A stretch of 64,000 nt of DNA from Octopus vulgaris (GCA_951406725.2 OX597827.1:7750001-7814000), one strand, 5' to 3'; positions 1 through 13,054 are shown, counted from the stretch's first letter. A program made the numbers and translations. The notes: generated by a model not told the origin, from the sequence alone.

Positions 1-176
1 ATTGGTTTATGATTTTCACTGTTTGATTTGCCTAATAGTGGTTTTATCTCTAATTTAATATAATATAATATATATATATATATATACACACATATATATA
101 TATATATATATGTAAGTATGTATATATGTAGGTATATATATATGTATGTGTATAAATATATATATATACAGTATAT

Positions 177-226
<50 letters not shown>

Positions 227-420
227 CATTCGCCATGATAGATTGCTAACCACTACACATTCTTTATTTTCTCTCTTTGTTTCTTTCTGTGTTCCTTTCT
301 GTGAATGAGCATAGGCTCGAAATGTTAAAGACTTTTTCACTTCCCAAGCATTATACTAATACATCTGTTTGTTGTCTACATCACCTGTCTTCGTCTTTTG
401 TTTTTTTTGTGAATTCTCCC
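227..420 (+). mobile_element. Penelope-like terminal fragment embedded in (TA)n
   Basis: Homologous in opposite orientation to 27910-28018. Contains hammerhead-like GAGC-atag-GCTC-GAAA-tgtt; flanked on both sides by (TA)n. Confidence 0.45.
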
Positions 421-1076
421 TATATGCATATGCATATATATATATATATATATATGGGACGCAAACTTCTTACCACATAGCCATGGCAGTGGATAGATCA
501 AATATAATTAAATGTATAACTAGATTTGAACATTTGTTTCCTTTCTCTCATGTACCCACACATACACACACTTACATGCACACACACACACTCACACACA
601 CACACACATACACACACACACAGATAGTTGCTCAAGGCAGTGTTGAATAAGGTATATTTGTGTAAAATCATACTTAATATGTTCATGTATATTTGGATAT
701 GATGGGACCCTTCACTGTGGAAATGGTCTTGAGAAACATGTCTCCTCCTAGACAGCATATGTAAAATAAAATTGGGTTGTGAATGACATCATTGGATTGT
801 AGGATGCATGTGTTTCTGCTTTCTTTCACATCATCAGCTACTCACACCAAATCTGCCTTTCATAAGTCTGATAAGAACAGTTTGTTCATTTATTATAAAA
901 ACAAATAGTACAATGCTAATCAAAATTTAATCAAGTTAAAATTAAATTAATAAAGTTTCATGAAGCAGTGTTGAATAAAGTATATGTGTGTAAACTCATA
1001 CTTAACATGTTTGATTACACTCAGATATGGGAAAACATTTTGCTGTGAAAACTTCATGTTTTGTATTCTAAAGTAC

Positions 1077-1106
1077 CTGGACGTTCTTCAGTCTGCCTGA
1101 AGATTG
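1077..1106 (-). other. Candidate 30-nt phase 0-0 micro-exon downstream of the protocadherin exon
   Basis: TTTGTCTATAG|CAATCTTCAGGCAGACTGAAGAACGTCCAG|GTACTT encodes QSSGRLKNVQ, in phase with the donor at 13539. The donor is weak. Confidence 0.25.
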
Positions 1107-2087
1107 CTATAGACAAAGTTTTCACTATAAACAAGAAACTTAAAGTCATGGGAAAATATCATCTGTTTAATCATCAGTTTGAGAAGGGAAACACAATAAG
1201 CTTGAATCTCACTTAATCAAGATGCAAGGTTTCAATTCCTTTCAGCATATCCTTTATCCACTCTTGAATTATTTTTTTAAAATGTTTTATTGTTATTCTC
1301 TTCTTCTTCATCTTCATCATCATTCATCACCGCTGCCGCCACCACAACCACCACCACCACCACCACCACCACCTCCACCACCACCACCACCTCCACCACC
1401 TCCACCACCACCACCACATATATATATATATACTATATATATATACATATATACGACGGGCTTCTTTCAGTTTTCGTCTACCAAATCCACTCACAAGGCA
1501 TTGGTCGGCCTTGGGCTATAGCAGAAGACACTTGCCCAAGATGCCACGCATCGTTGTTCTCTTCATCATCATTCATCATCACCGCCGCCGCCACAACCAC
1601 CATCATCATCATCATCATCATCATCATCTCTTTGCATGCTTTTCCCTACCAGCATGGGCAGGACAAAATATTTTTTGAAGAAGTATTTTATGGAGGATGT
1701 GCATTTTGGCACCAAATCTTTCGGTTGATTCTTAGAACTCGCAAAAGCATAGTGTGCCCTTTCTAAGAATGAAGACACATATCTTGTATACTACTTAATA
1801 TAGCTTCTATTAAATATCTGTCGATTAGGAATGGAAGGAGAAAAAGAAAAAGAAAGAGCAACTTATCCTCTAATATGTGTTTGTGCAAGGGGGTGGCGAG
1901 GTATGTGTGTTTACATGTGATAGCATGCCAAAGTGTGAAGGCTTTTGATTATATATAAGAACATAACTGAATATATGTATATAAATGCATCCACTTATTT
2001 TTTATCTCTTACTTGTTTCAGTCATTGGACTGTGGCCATTCTGCATCACTGCCTTAAAGGTTTTATCAAACAAAACAGTTCAAGTAC

Positions 2088-2148
<61 letters not shown>

Positions 2149-2157
2149 CACCACCAC

Positions 2158-2196
<39 letters not shown>

Positions 2197-2242
2197 CATC
2201 ATCATTATCATTATTATTGTTATAATTATCATTATCATTATT

Positions 2243-2765
2243 GAGTGAGAGAGCAGTGCATGCTATCAAAGTGACACTGTGATACAAATTCATGAAGCCC
2301 AGTATACCTGTCTGATAAGGGTATACCAGGCACATGTATCACAACCATATGTGTGCAACATGGTGATCTCATATCAAGACAACCAGTGCATGACCTTGCA
2401 GGTGGGGCCCAGTTAGAATTTTCTTCAGGTTGAGTAGCCTATCCCACTTAAAAGGTCCCTGAATCAGAGCTGTTTAAGGATGTTGAACAAAACACCTGTG
2501 TTTCCAGAGGTGAATTATTTAAACTCCATGGCTATGTTGCTCCCCCACTACTTCTGCTCGTGATCAGAGATGCACATATCGTCAGCCACTAAGGGACATG
2601 TTCAACTGGTTAAGGTCAAACAACTGACAAGCAAATCTGTGGTATTGAGCAGAATATTTGCTGTAGCCCATCTTTTATACCAAGACAAAACAATGTACAT
2701 GATAACACTTCCAATCAGTTAAGATCAGAAGCCATGAGAGCCACTGTCTGGTATAGCATCAGGGC

Positions 2766-2768
<3 letters not shown>
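2243..2768. mobile_element. Unclassified non-coding insert within a (TTA)n tract, probably a mobile element
   Basis: ~525 bp of more GC-balanced complex sequence sharply bounded by (TTA)n/(TCA)n; no ORF. Confidence 0.4.
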
Positions 2769-2799
<31 letters not shown>

Positions 2800-3229
2800 G
2801 TCATTTACTTTTAATCTGCATGTTTGATGCAATCACTTGCTGGGGCACACCCAGCGCCCTAGGGCAAGTGAAAGTTAAGAGTTGTTGAAATATAGCTGAA
2901 AGCTTGGGGAGGGGAAGTAGAGAAATATCTCCATGTAATACAACACAAACATTTACATTGATAGGGTTTTTCTAAGGATGTGAGCAGTACTTATTAGCAC
3001 AATCTTTTGGATTTCCTTGAGACATGGTTCTCCAGCGATATTGTCTAGGTGTTTCCGACATCCCTTTTTTATCATACCTAGGGCACCTACAATAACAGGA
3101 ACAGTTTTTGTTTTAAGATTCCACATCTTTTGTATTTCGATTTCCATTTCCTTATATTTACTAAGTTTGTCAAATTCCTTTACAGATATATTTTTATCAG
3201 TGGGAACGCTTACCTCTATTAGTCTGCAG

Positions 3230-3230
<1 letters not shown>
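2800..3230 (-). mobile_element. 5'-truncated Dong/R4-type (RLE) non-LTR retrotransposon, C-terminus plus 3'UTR
   Basis: Translates as LIEVSVPTDKNISVKEFDKLSKYKEMEIEIQKMWNLKTKTVPVIVGALG...EIQKIVLISTAHILRKTLSM*, typical of the restriction-like endonuclease end. Flanked by (TTA)n on both sides. Confidence 0.8.
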
Positions 3231-3750
<520 letters not shown>

Positions 3751-4167
3751 TATTTTAACAGTTTAACAGTTTTATTTTAACAGTTTGGTACTTATTCTGT
3801 TGGTCTCTTTTGCTGAACCTTTAAAGTACTAGAACATAAACAAACCAATACTTCAATTAATTCACAAATGCTTCATGTTTCACGTGGCCATCATTTCATT
3901 TCGAAAATCATTAGAGCTCATCAAAAAAAAAAAAAAAAAGAAAAGAAAACACTATCAGTACACAAAATTCACTAGCATCCGTAAGAAATATCTTTAAAAA
4001 TTAAATGACTAATTTGTGAAAATTTAAGAGAAAATTTGTTAATTAATATTATAGTTTTTAGTTTAAACATTGTTGTAAAAAAAAAAATAAACTTTGAATA
4101 AAAACAAAAAAGGTGACACTAGGCAAGTTAATTGTAACTAAAAATTTTTTTAAATCTTTCATAACTG

Positions 4168-4201
<34 letters not shown>

Positions 4202-4322
4202 TCATATCTGCTTTTTCAAACTGTCAGGATTTGAATGAATTTTCTGAAGCATTATTTTGCGGTTGGATGCCCTTCCAGCCCACCAATTTTGTTTTTAATC
4301 ATTTCTTCTACATACAAGAACA

Positions 4323-4722
4323 CAGTGGCTGTGTGGTAAGAAGCTTGTTTACCAACCATATGGTTCCAGGTTCAGTCCCACTGTGTGGCACCTTGGGCAA
4401 GTGTCTTCTACTATAGCCTCAGGCCGACCAAAGCCTTGTGAGTGGATTTGGTAGACAGAAACTGAAAGAAGCCCGTCGTATATATGTATATATATATGCG
4501 TGTGTGTGTTTGTGTGTCTGTGTTTGTCCCCCTAGCATTGCTTGACAACCAATGCTGGTGTGTTTATGTCCCCGTTACTTAGCGATTCGGCAACAGAGAC
4601 CGATAGAATAAGTACTGGGCTTACAAAAGAATAAGTAACGGGGTCGAGTTGCTCGATTAAAGGCGGTGCTCCAGCATGGCCGCAATCAAAAGACTGAAAC
4701 AAGTAAAAGAGTAAAAGAGAGA
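4323..4722 (+). mobile_element. SINE family A (tRNA-like head, CORE-like segment, internal TA/TG microsatellite, (TAAAAGAG)n tail)
   Basis: A-box-like TGGCTGTGTGG, B-box-like GGTTCAGTCCC, then GGCACCTTGGGCAAGTG; ~20 homologous copies in the window. Confidence 0.85.
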
Positions 4723-4904
4723 GAGTGTAACTATTTCAAAACTTGGGTACACACACACACACACACACACAGATTAATAAGACCTTCATAAGTGAAATAG
4801 CTGAAATATTAATCTAGTCCATCTGGAAGTTAGATCGTTACTAGAAACTATAATTAAATCATTCTCATATTACTACCCTTTGTTTCTTTCAGTTTTTACT
4901 TTTT

Positions 4905-5415
4905 ATTTTTTTTTATTTATTTCTTGTGCTTATTTCAGTCATTGGACAGAAGCCATGCTGGAGGCATCCCCTTCAAGGGTTTTAGTCAAACAGTTTGACC
5001 CCAGTACTTGGTTAAATTCTTCTTCCTTTAAGTCTAGTACTTATTCTAGTGATTTCTTTCACAGAACTGCTAAGCTTGAAGGATGTAAACAAACCAACAC
5101 TGGTTGTCAAGTGGAGGATAGTGGACAAACATAGACACAAAACACACACATATACACACACAATCACACACAAACAGAGTGACACACACACACACAGTGA
5201 CATACACACAGTGATGCACACACAAACATACACACACATGCATATATTCTATATGACAGGTTTCCACACAGCTTCCCTCTACAAATTTACCAAATACACT
5301 CACAAGCCCCAGGGTTATAGTAGAAGAACATTAGCTTGAGGTTCAGTGTACAATGCTGTGGGACTGAACCCAAAACCATACGGTTGCAAAGTGAGATTCT
5401 AAACCACGCAGTCAT
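4905..5415 (-). mobile_element. SINE family A, diverged copy
   Basis: Recognisable tail (tttcagtcattggac..gccatgctggag), body and head, with many substitutions. Confidence 0.7.
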
Positions 5416-5854
5416 GTAGAATTATGTTTGACATTACAAGCATTAATTTAAGACAGAAGATAGTAAATGACATGAGTATTAAAAGCAATACTTTGATACA
5501 GAAAACAGCAAATGATATACTGCTATTAGGTTTAAGCTGTTATAATGCAGACAGATCTTATGCACAGTAAAAGCTACAAGTTGTTACTAAGCCCCTTCTC
5601 AGCCCTGATTAAGCAACCCTATTTTCAAAGTATTCCAGTCATGAGTATTCCGTCATTTTCTCCAGCATATTAAGGACTATCTTATCAAATGTGTACATCC
5701 ATTTTCTTTATTTTATATAATGTATGATTGTGTATGACTTCAGAGATATTTCTATAATTGTACTTAATTGAATGACCTCACTGAGGTTCATTGTTTGAAA
5801 AATAACTGAAGATATTTTGGACAGCAAGACCTGCCTTTTAAGAAACTGGATTAA

Positions 5855-6074
5855 CCCTTTAACATTTAAACCGGCCATATCTGGCCCGAATGGTCTACCT
5901 GCTTTATGTTCAAACTGGCCAGATCCAGTCTCTCCCACCTACCCTACAATGTCATTCTAAAATTAAATGACTACATCTTCAAAATCTTGAAGCTACAAGA
6001 TAATACGTGATTAATTTTTTTAAATATGGATACACGAACATTACATTTGATAAATTAATCTGAATGCTAAAGGG
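5855..6074. mobile_element. piggyBac-type MITE (220 bp)
   Basis: TTAA|CCCTTTAACATT ... AATGCTAAAGGG|TTAA: terminal inverted repeats with TTAA duplication. Related copies at ~31707-31872 and ~43200-43285. Confidence 0.8.
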
Positions 6075-6457
6075 TTAAAGAATGATAAAGGCTTTTGAAT
6101 GCTTTAGTAATAGGAATAAAGGTTATGAGTTGATTTACCACTACCCAAAGGATTGTATATATGTATATATATATATATATATATGTATCTGAATGAATAT
6201 GTGTATACATGTGTATGCATTTATCTACATGTGTATGCACGTGTGTGTGTGTCTATGTATAATAATGTTATTATGTTTCCTTAAATACGCAATACATTTT
6301 AGAAGAGTACATCTTAAGTTTATCAACTTTTACAAGAAGTGTGACAGTGACTTTGAAGTTTAAGCCTGCCTACCTTCACCAGACTGTACATAATATATAT
6401 ATATATAACTATACACACACACATACATGGGCACACACATATATATCTATACATATG

Positions 6458-6510
<53 letters not shown>

Positions 6511-6596
6511 GTATATATACATATGTATATATATATGTATATATATATGTAATGCATATATATGTATATCTCTCTCTCTGTTTCCCTATATTCTTA

Positions 6597-6800
6597 TATT
6601 CTTTTACTTGTTTTAGTCATCTGAATGCAGCCATGCTGGAGCACCGTGTTTAGTCGAACAAATTGACCCCAGGATTTATTCTTTGTAAGCCTAGTATTTA
6701 TTCTATTGGTCTCTTTTGCCAAACTGCTAAGTTCCAGGGACATAAACACACCATAGGTTGTAAAGCAATGGAGAGGGGACAAACACAGACATACAAACAC
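6597..6800 (-). mobile_element. SINE family A, 3' half
   Basis: Matches family A from the tail to the internal CA repeat. Confidence 0.8.
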
Positions 6801-6886
6801 ACACACACACACACATACATGAGCACACACACACACATATATATATATATAGTAAAATAAGAAATAGAAGGTTCTTGGTACAGTAT

Positions 6887-6975
6887 TATATATTTGAAAA
6901 AATGAATAGAAATGACTTTTCTGGTAATTTTTCCACGGGAAAAATTATCAGAAAAGCTATTTCTATCCATTTTTT

Positions 6976-6985
<10 letters not shown>
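6887..6985. repeat. Near-perfect palindrome, 48-bp arms with a 3-nt loop
   Basis: tatatatttgaaaaaatgaatagaaatgacttttctggtaatttttcc-acg-ggaaaaattatcagaaaagctatttctatccattttttcaaatatata; 4 mismatches. Confidence 0.93.
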
Positions 6986-7026
<41 letters not shown>

Positions 7027-7687
7027 AGATAGGTTGTATGGAAGGCCCACTGTATAATATGCCATAGAAAACCTATAGTGTATATTACAACACCAAAAGA
7101 ACAAATAAAATGCTTGGAAGGGCCACAAATACTCTTCTTCAGACATTGTATCATTATTTAAAATTTACTCCACATCCCTTCAAATTACTTATTTATTCCA
7201 CTCCTCTCCCACGACCCTTATTGTGTATGATTAGACACAACAAAGCTTTAAGTCATTATTTAAGCTAGAATCATATGAAATGTATGCTAAAGACTCAGTT
7301 TGTAGTTTCAAAACAAATATATCAACCCATAATGCAATTCATAATGCAATTTTTAAGGCAATTAAAGTGACAGACCATATTCTGCTTATACGAGTTTCTC
7401 CAACAAATCTTTAAATTTTATTTCATTATATTGTGCACATAACCAAGATGCAGTGACTGGTTTTATTGCATATATTTGCAACAATAGGAATGCACATTTG
7501 TCTATATATATATCTGTGCATGAGAGGTTGTCAGTGTATATATATATACGTATATGTGAGTGTGTATGTGTGCATATATAAATATATATATATATATGCA
7601 TATATATAAATATATAAATATATATATATATATATACATACATATATATATATATATATTATATACATATATATATATGTATGTGTA

Positions 7688-7745
<58 letters not shown>

Positions 7746-7760
7746 GATGCATATATATAA

Positions 7761-7804
<44 letters not shown>

Positions 7805-7828
7805 CATATATATGTATATGTATGTGTA

Positions 7829-7876
<48 letters not shown>

Positions 7877-8132
7877 TATGGGAATATGTATTTATATATA
7901 AGTGTGTGTGTATATAAACGATGATGATGATGATGATGATGATACACACACTCATACATTTAAGTGTATGTACATATAAATATGCATATATATATATAGA
8001 TATGTAAAAATATATGTATGGGTATACACACAAACACATACACACACACACACACATTTATGCATATGCATACACAGATACCCTCAATTTTAACAAATAT
8101 ATGCAAAAACTCGTGTTGCCACACACAAACAT

Positions 8133-8168
<36 letters not shown>

Positions 8169-8454
8169 AAATACATTTTGAAATTTATTGGGCTTTATAC
8201 ATATGAAAGAATGTACGAGTGTTTGTATACATGCATATGTGTGTATGTGAGCATGTGTCTGCATGTGCAGGTGAGTGTAAGAATGTATGTTTGTGTGTAT
8301 GTGTGGGGGGTGAACCCGTGTGTGTATTGATTTGTATATTTACATGTATCTGCAGGTGAGATTGAAATAAGTAGAATATAGGGGGAATATTTGCAAATAT
8401 AAATATTTATCAACTCCTGTATGTACATGTTTTCACATGAATACACATTCAGCT

Positions 8455-8490
<36 letters not shown>

Positions 8491-9325
8491 TATATGTATA
8501 GACATGCCTACATGATATAAATTTTGTATCTTTTTTTTTTTCTTTTTCTCGTTATATTCTGCAGATTTTTAAATTACAATGTGTATGTTGAGCATATAAG
8601 CAGATGCATATACATACACGTTCACACATGCAGTTGTATATATGCATACATTTATATACATAATAAATACATTTGTACAAATAAACAAGAAGTTGGGTAT
8701 GGTGAGGGAAAAAAGATTGGAAATGAAATCATTTTTTCTCTCTTTAACAATAATTGATAATACATTTATAGTTTTTAAGATGATGCTATTTTTCTCTGAA
8801 ATTCAAACTCCATGTACTTTTTATTGAGTTAATATTCTTAAAACTTTAAATATAATTATCTATACATTGAGTTGTGAATAAAAGAAAATACAAAGATATT
8901 AGCTGGATTTTTTGGGGTTTTTTTCTGTTTTTTGTTTCTCTTTCTACATATATCTCTCATTTCTTTCAGCTTTATAGCAATTAAAACAAGAAAATGTATT
9001 GTTTCCTCCTTACGATTTTACTGTTCAATGCAATGTTCTCCAGTGCGTAAACTATAATGGTAGAACTGGATGCTAAATAACATCTGTAATACCTCACTTA
9101 AAATTTCACTCTCTTGCAACAGAATAACAAGAAGAAGAAGAAAAAAAACTTAAGAAGAAGAAAACACTGGAAAATTGGAAATAGAAATGTAACAACTGAT
9201 TCGTTGTCCACAAATATTCAGCTCAATTTTTTGGCCTTCTTTTCAACACACAAACATATTACACACATACATACAAACATATATATGTGATTGTGTGTTT
9301 AGTGTAAAAAGGTGATATATATACA

Positions 9326-9361
<36 letters not shown>

Positions 9362-9704
9362 TATATATATGTATATATTTGCACACGTGGACTTACACAT
9401 TCATATATACACACGCACTTATATATATACATATTCCCATAAATACATATTCCCGTAAACATATATACATTAGTATACATGCTCACACATACATACATAC
9501 ATGTATGTAATTTAATTTTATTTGGATGTATAAATCCAAACTGGCAGCAAATATAAATTCCCACAAACTCTGCTTTGTCTGTTACTTTAAACAGTCATTT
9601 TCATCAAACAATATGCAAATTATCTATACTCTAACAATCAGTATTGAGTTCATTGTTGACCATTTGTAACGAGTAACCTGTATGTGTATGTCTTCGTCTT
9701 GCAT

Positions 9705-10130
9705 CCCTTTTACCTGTTTCAGTCGTTGGATCGTGACCATGCTGGAGCATCACCTTGAAGGGTTCAATCTAACAAATTGACTCCGGTACTTATTTTACTA
9801 AGTATGGTAGTTATTCTATGGGTCTCTTTTACCGAATTGCTAAGTTATGGGGGACACAAACAAACCAACACAGTTAAACAGTTAGAGGACAAGCACAAGG
9901 GCACACACATGCACACATACAGACAGACAGTCACACACACACATATATGTATGTATGTATACATACATACATATACACACAAGGGCTTCCACACAGTTTC
10001 TATTGACAAAAACACTCACAAGTCATTGGGTAGTCTGGAGCTTTAATAGAAGACCCTTGCTCAAGGTGGTGTGCAATGGAATTGAACCTGAAATCAAATG
10101 GTTTCAGTGCAAGCTTCTAAACTACATAGT
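9705..10130 (-). mobile_element. SINE family A, diverged copy
   Basis: Homology to family A over its whole length. Confidence 0.7.
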
Positions 10131-10292
10131 GTGTGTGTGTGGAGAGATAGACAGAGGGTGGATGTTTGTATGTATAGGCATACAAAACACTATCATCATT
10201 ATCATTACCTAGCAAGGTGGAATATGTTTAGATAGACAAGACTTGCTCAGTCCTCATACAGAGCCACTATCCACCTAGTGATATCAGAGAAC

Positions 10293-10690
10293 TATACTCT
10301 TTTACTTGTTTCAGTCATTTGACTGCGGCCATGCTGGAGCACCGCCTTTTTTAATCGAGCAACTCGACCCTGGGACTTATTCTTTTGTAAGCCCAGTACT
10401 TATTCTATCGGTCTCTTTAGCCGAACCGCTAAGTAACACACCAGCATCGGTTATCAAGCAATGCTAGGGGGACAAACACAGACACACAAACACACCCACG
10501 CATATATATATATATATATCCATATACGACAAGCTTCTTCCAGTTTCCATCTACCAAATCCACTCACAAGGCTTTGGTTGGCCCAAGGCTATAGTAGAAG
10601 GCACCAGCCGAAGGTGCCAGGCAGTGGGACTGAATCCAGGACCATGAGGTTGGTAAGCAAGCTACTTACCACACAGCCACTCCTGTGCCT
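10293..10690 (-). mobile_element. SINE family A, near full length
   Basis: tactcttttacttgtttcagtcatttgactgcggccatgctggagcaccgcc ... ccacacagccactcctgtgcc. Confidence 0.88.
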
Positions 10691-10771
10691 ATATATGTGT
10701 GTATGTGTGTGTGTGTGTGTGTACATATATATATATATATATATACATATATGTCTCGCTATGCCATATAC

Positions 10772-10811
<40 letters not shown>

Positions 10812-11040
10812 TTTTTTTAAGGTAATCTCTTCAGATTTTCTATAGAAATTGTAGCCACCACTGAAATCTTTGAACATTTCATTTCCGAATATGTACAATG
10901 TAAACAATGTGATGAAAGATGGGTAAATAGGTGGTAGGTGTATATGAATATTTCTAGAGTTCTTGCTCCTTCTTCAGTACCACATCCAATCCATTAACCA
11001 TCCTTGAACACATTGGTTAAATAGTGTTACATGGCTATAA

Positions 11041-11077
<37 letters not shown>

Positions 11078-11240
11078 TATATGCATGTATACTGGCACTC
11101 AGCTCTGAGTGCACACTTATAGCAGAAACAACTGTAAGCAAATGAAAGTGTTAATGCGTTTGCACAATTTCCATTCTTATGCATATAGACTGGCACACAC
11201 ACACATAAACACACACACATGCACACACACATGCATGCAT

Positions 11241-11281
<41 letters not shown>

Positions 11282-11435
11282 CACAAACACACAGCAAAAG
11301 CCAGTAATGCAAAAATTGGAATAACTACTGTGTTAAATTTCATTTTTTTAAATTGTTCTTATTAATTCTGCCTTATACATTCTGTATTCTCTTCACATTT
11401 GTAAATACAAATACCTCTTCCACAGCACACAGAAG

Positions 11436-11480
<45 letters not shown>

Positions 11481-11520
11481 ACATACACACGTGTGCATCT
11501 GTGGTATGTTGGCTATATTA

Positions 11521-11740
11521 AAGGGCGGCGAGCTGGCAGAAACGTTAGCACGCCGGGCGAAATGCTTAGCGTTACGTTGTGAGTTCAAATTCCGCCGAGG
11601 TCGACTTTGCCTTTCATCCTTTCGGGGTCGATAAATTAAGTACCAGTTACGCACTGGGGTCGATGTAATCGACTTAATACCTATGTCTGTCCTTGTTTGT
11701 CCCCTCTGTGTTTAGCCCCTTGTGGGCAATAAAGAAATAG
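11521..11740 (+). mobile_element. SINE family B (Meta-domain-like) with 18-bp TSD
   Basis: GGCGGCGAGCTGGCAGAA head, GAGTTCAAATTCC B-box, and CCTTTCATCCTTTCGGGGTCGATAAATTAAGTACCAG core. GGTATGTTGGCTATATTA is duplicated on both sides. Confidence 0.85.
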
Positions 11741-12175
11741 GTATGTTGGCTATATTATATTATTCAATACATACTGACTAATATAGTGTTTTTGAGTTTT
11801 ACATGGTTGGCAAGAATTTGGTCAGATATGAAGTATTAAAACTGAAATAATTAGACTTCAGTTAACGCTTTTTAAATACAACAAACATATGCAATCGTAT
11901 AAAATTACATTTATTTTTGCTTTATTCTGTACCATAATGATTGATTGATTGATTCCAGTTCCAGCCTGTGAGCTGTGGCCATGCTGGGGCACCGCCATAA
12001 TGTGTGAAACTATTTTGTAATGTTCCTATAACTGATCATTAACTCTATCACTCTGGATTTAGTTTTTTATCTTAATGTATATATTGCAAATCTAGCGCCT
12101 GCTTATGAAGAAACAGTTATATACACACATGCACACACACGCACACACATACAGACACACACACATATATATGCA

Positions 12176-12378
12176 TGGCCTAGTGGTTAGGGCAGCGGAC
12201 TTGCGGTCGGAGGATCGCGGTTTCGATTCCCAGACCGGGCGTTGTGTGTGTTTATTGAGCGAAAACACCTAAAAGCTCCACGAGGCTCCGGCAGGAGGTG
12301 GTGATCCCTGCTGTACTCTTTCACCACTCTAAAGGCGGTGCTCCAGCATGGCCGCAGTCAAATGACTGAAACAAGTAC
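12176..12378 (+). mobile_element. Chimeric SINE: family C tRNA head joined to family A tail
   Basis: TGGCCTAGTGGTTAGGGCAGCGGAC...GGTTTCGATTCCC head, switching at ~12330 to AAAGGCGGTGCTCCAGCATGGCCGCAGTC. Confidence 0.8.
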
Positions 12379-12385
12379 AAAAAAA

Positions 12386-12433
<48 letters not shown>

Positions 12434-12484
12434 TATAAAGATACAAATGTACACACACAAAGACACATATACATGTGTCTGCTC

Positions 12485-12687
12485 TAGGCACAAGGCCCGA
12501 AATTTGGGGGGAGGGGGCCAGTTGATTAGATCGACCCCAGTATGTAACTGGTGTTTAATTTATCGACCTCGATAGGATGAAAAGCAAAGTCGACTTTGGT
12601 AGAATTGGAACTCAGAGCGTAAAGACAGACGAAATACCACTAAGCATTTTGCCTGGTGTGCTAACGTTACTCCCAGCTCACCACCTT
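12485..12687 (-). mobile_element. SINE family B copy
   Basis: Reverse-complement match to 11521-11740. Confidence 0.8.
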
Positions 12688-12849
12688 ACACATGTGAATA
12701 TATTCATATGAATGTATATGTATTTATCTACTTACATATATGTATATATGCATGTATGTGTGAGTATACATACATACATGTATACATATACATACACACA
12801 CACATATATATATATATATATATTGTTTTTGTTTTTGTTTTTTGTTTTT

Positions 12850-13054
12850 CCAGTTTCAGCTCTTGAGCTGTGGCCATGCTGGGGCACCGCCATTGTTTTG
12901 AAAGAGTACAGCAGGGATCACCACCCCCTGCCGGAGCCTCGTAGAGCTTTTAGGTGTTTTCGCTCAATAAACACACACAACGCCCGGTCTGAGAATCGAA
13001 ACCGCGATCCTGCGACCGCGAGTCCGCTGCCCTAACCACTAGGCCATTGCGCCT
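12850..13054 (-). mobile_element. SINE family C head with short GGCGGTGCCCCAGCATGGCC tail module
   Basis: Reverse complement of the 12176-12330 head; similar tail module. Confidence 0.8.

Noticed and set aside
7502-8446. Many [12 protein letters not shown] ORFs here and throughout (also poly-L/I/T/V ORFs at 3017, 18871, 28487, 51260)
   Set aside because: These are translations of di- and trinucleotide microsatellites.
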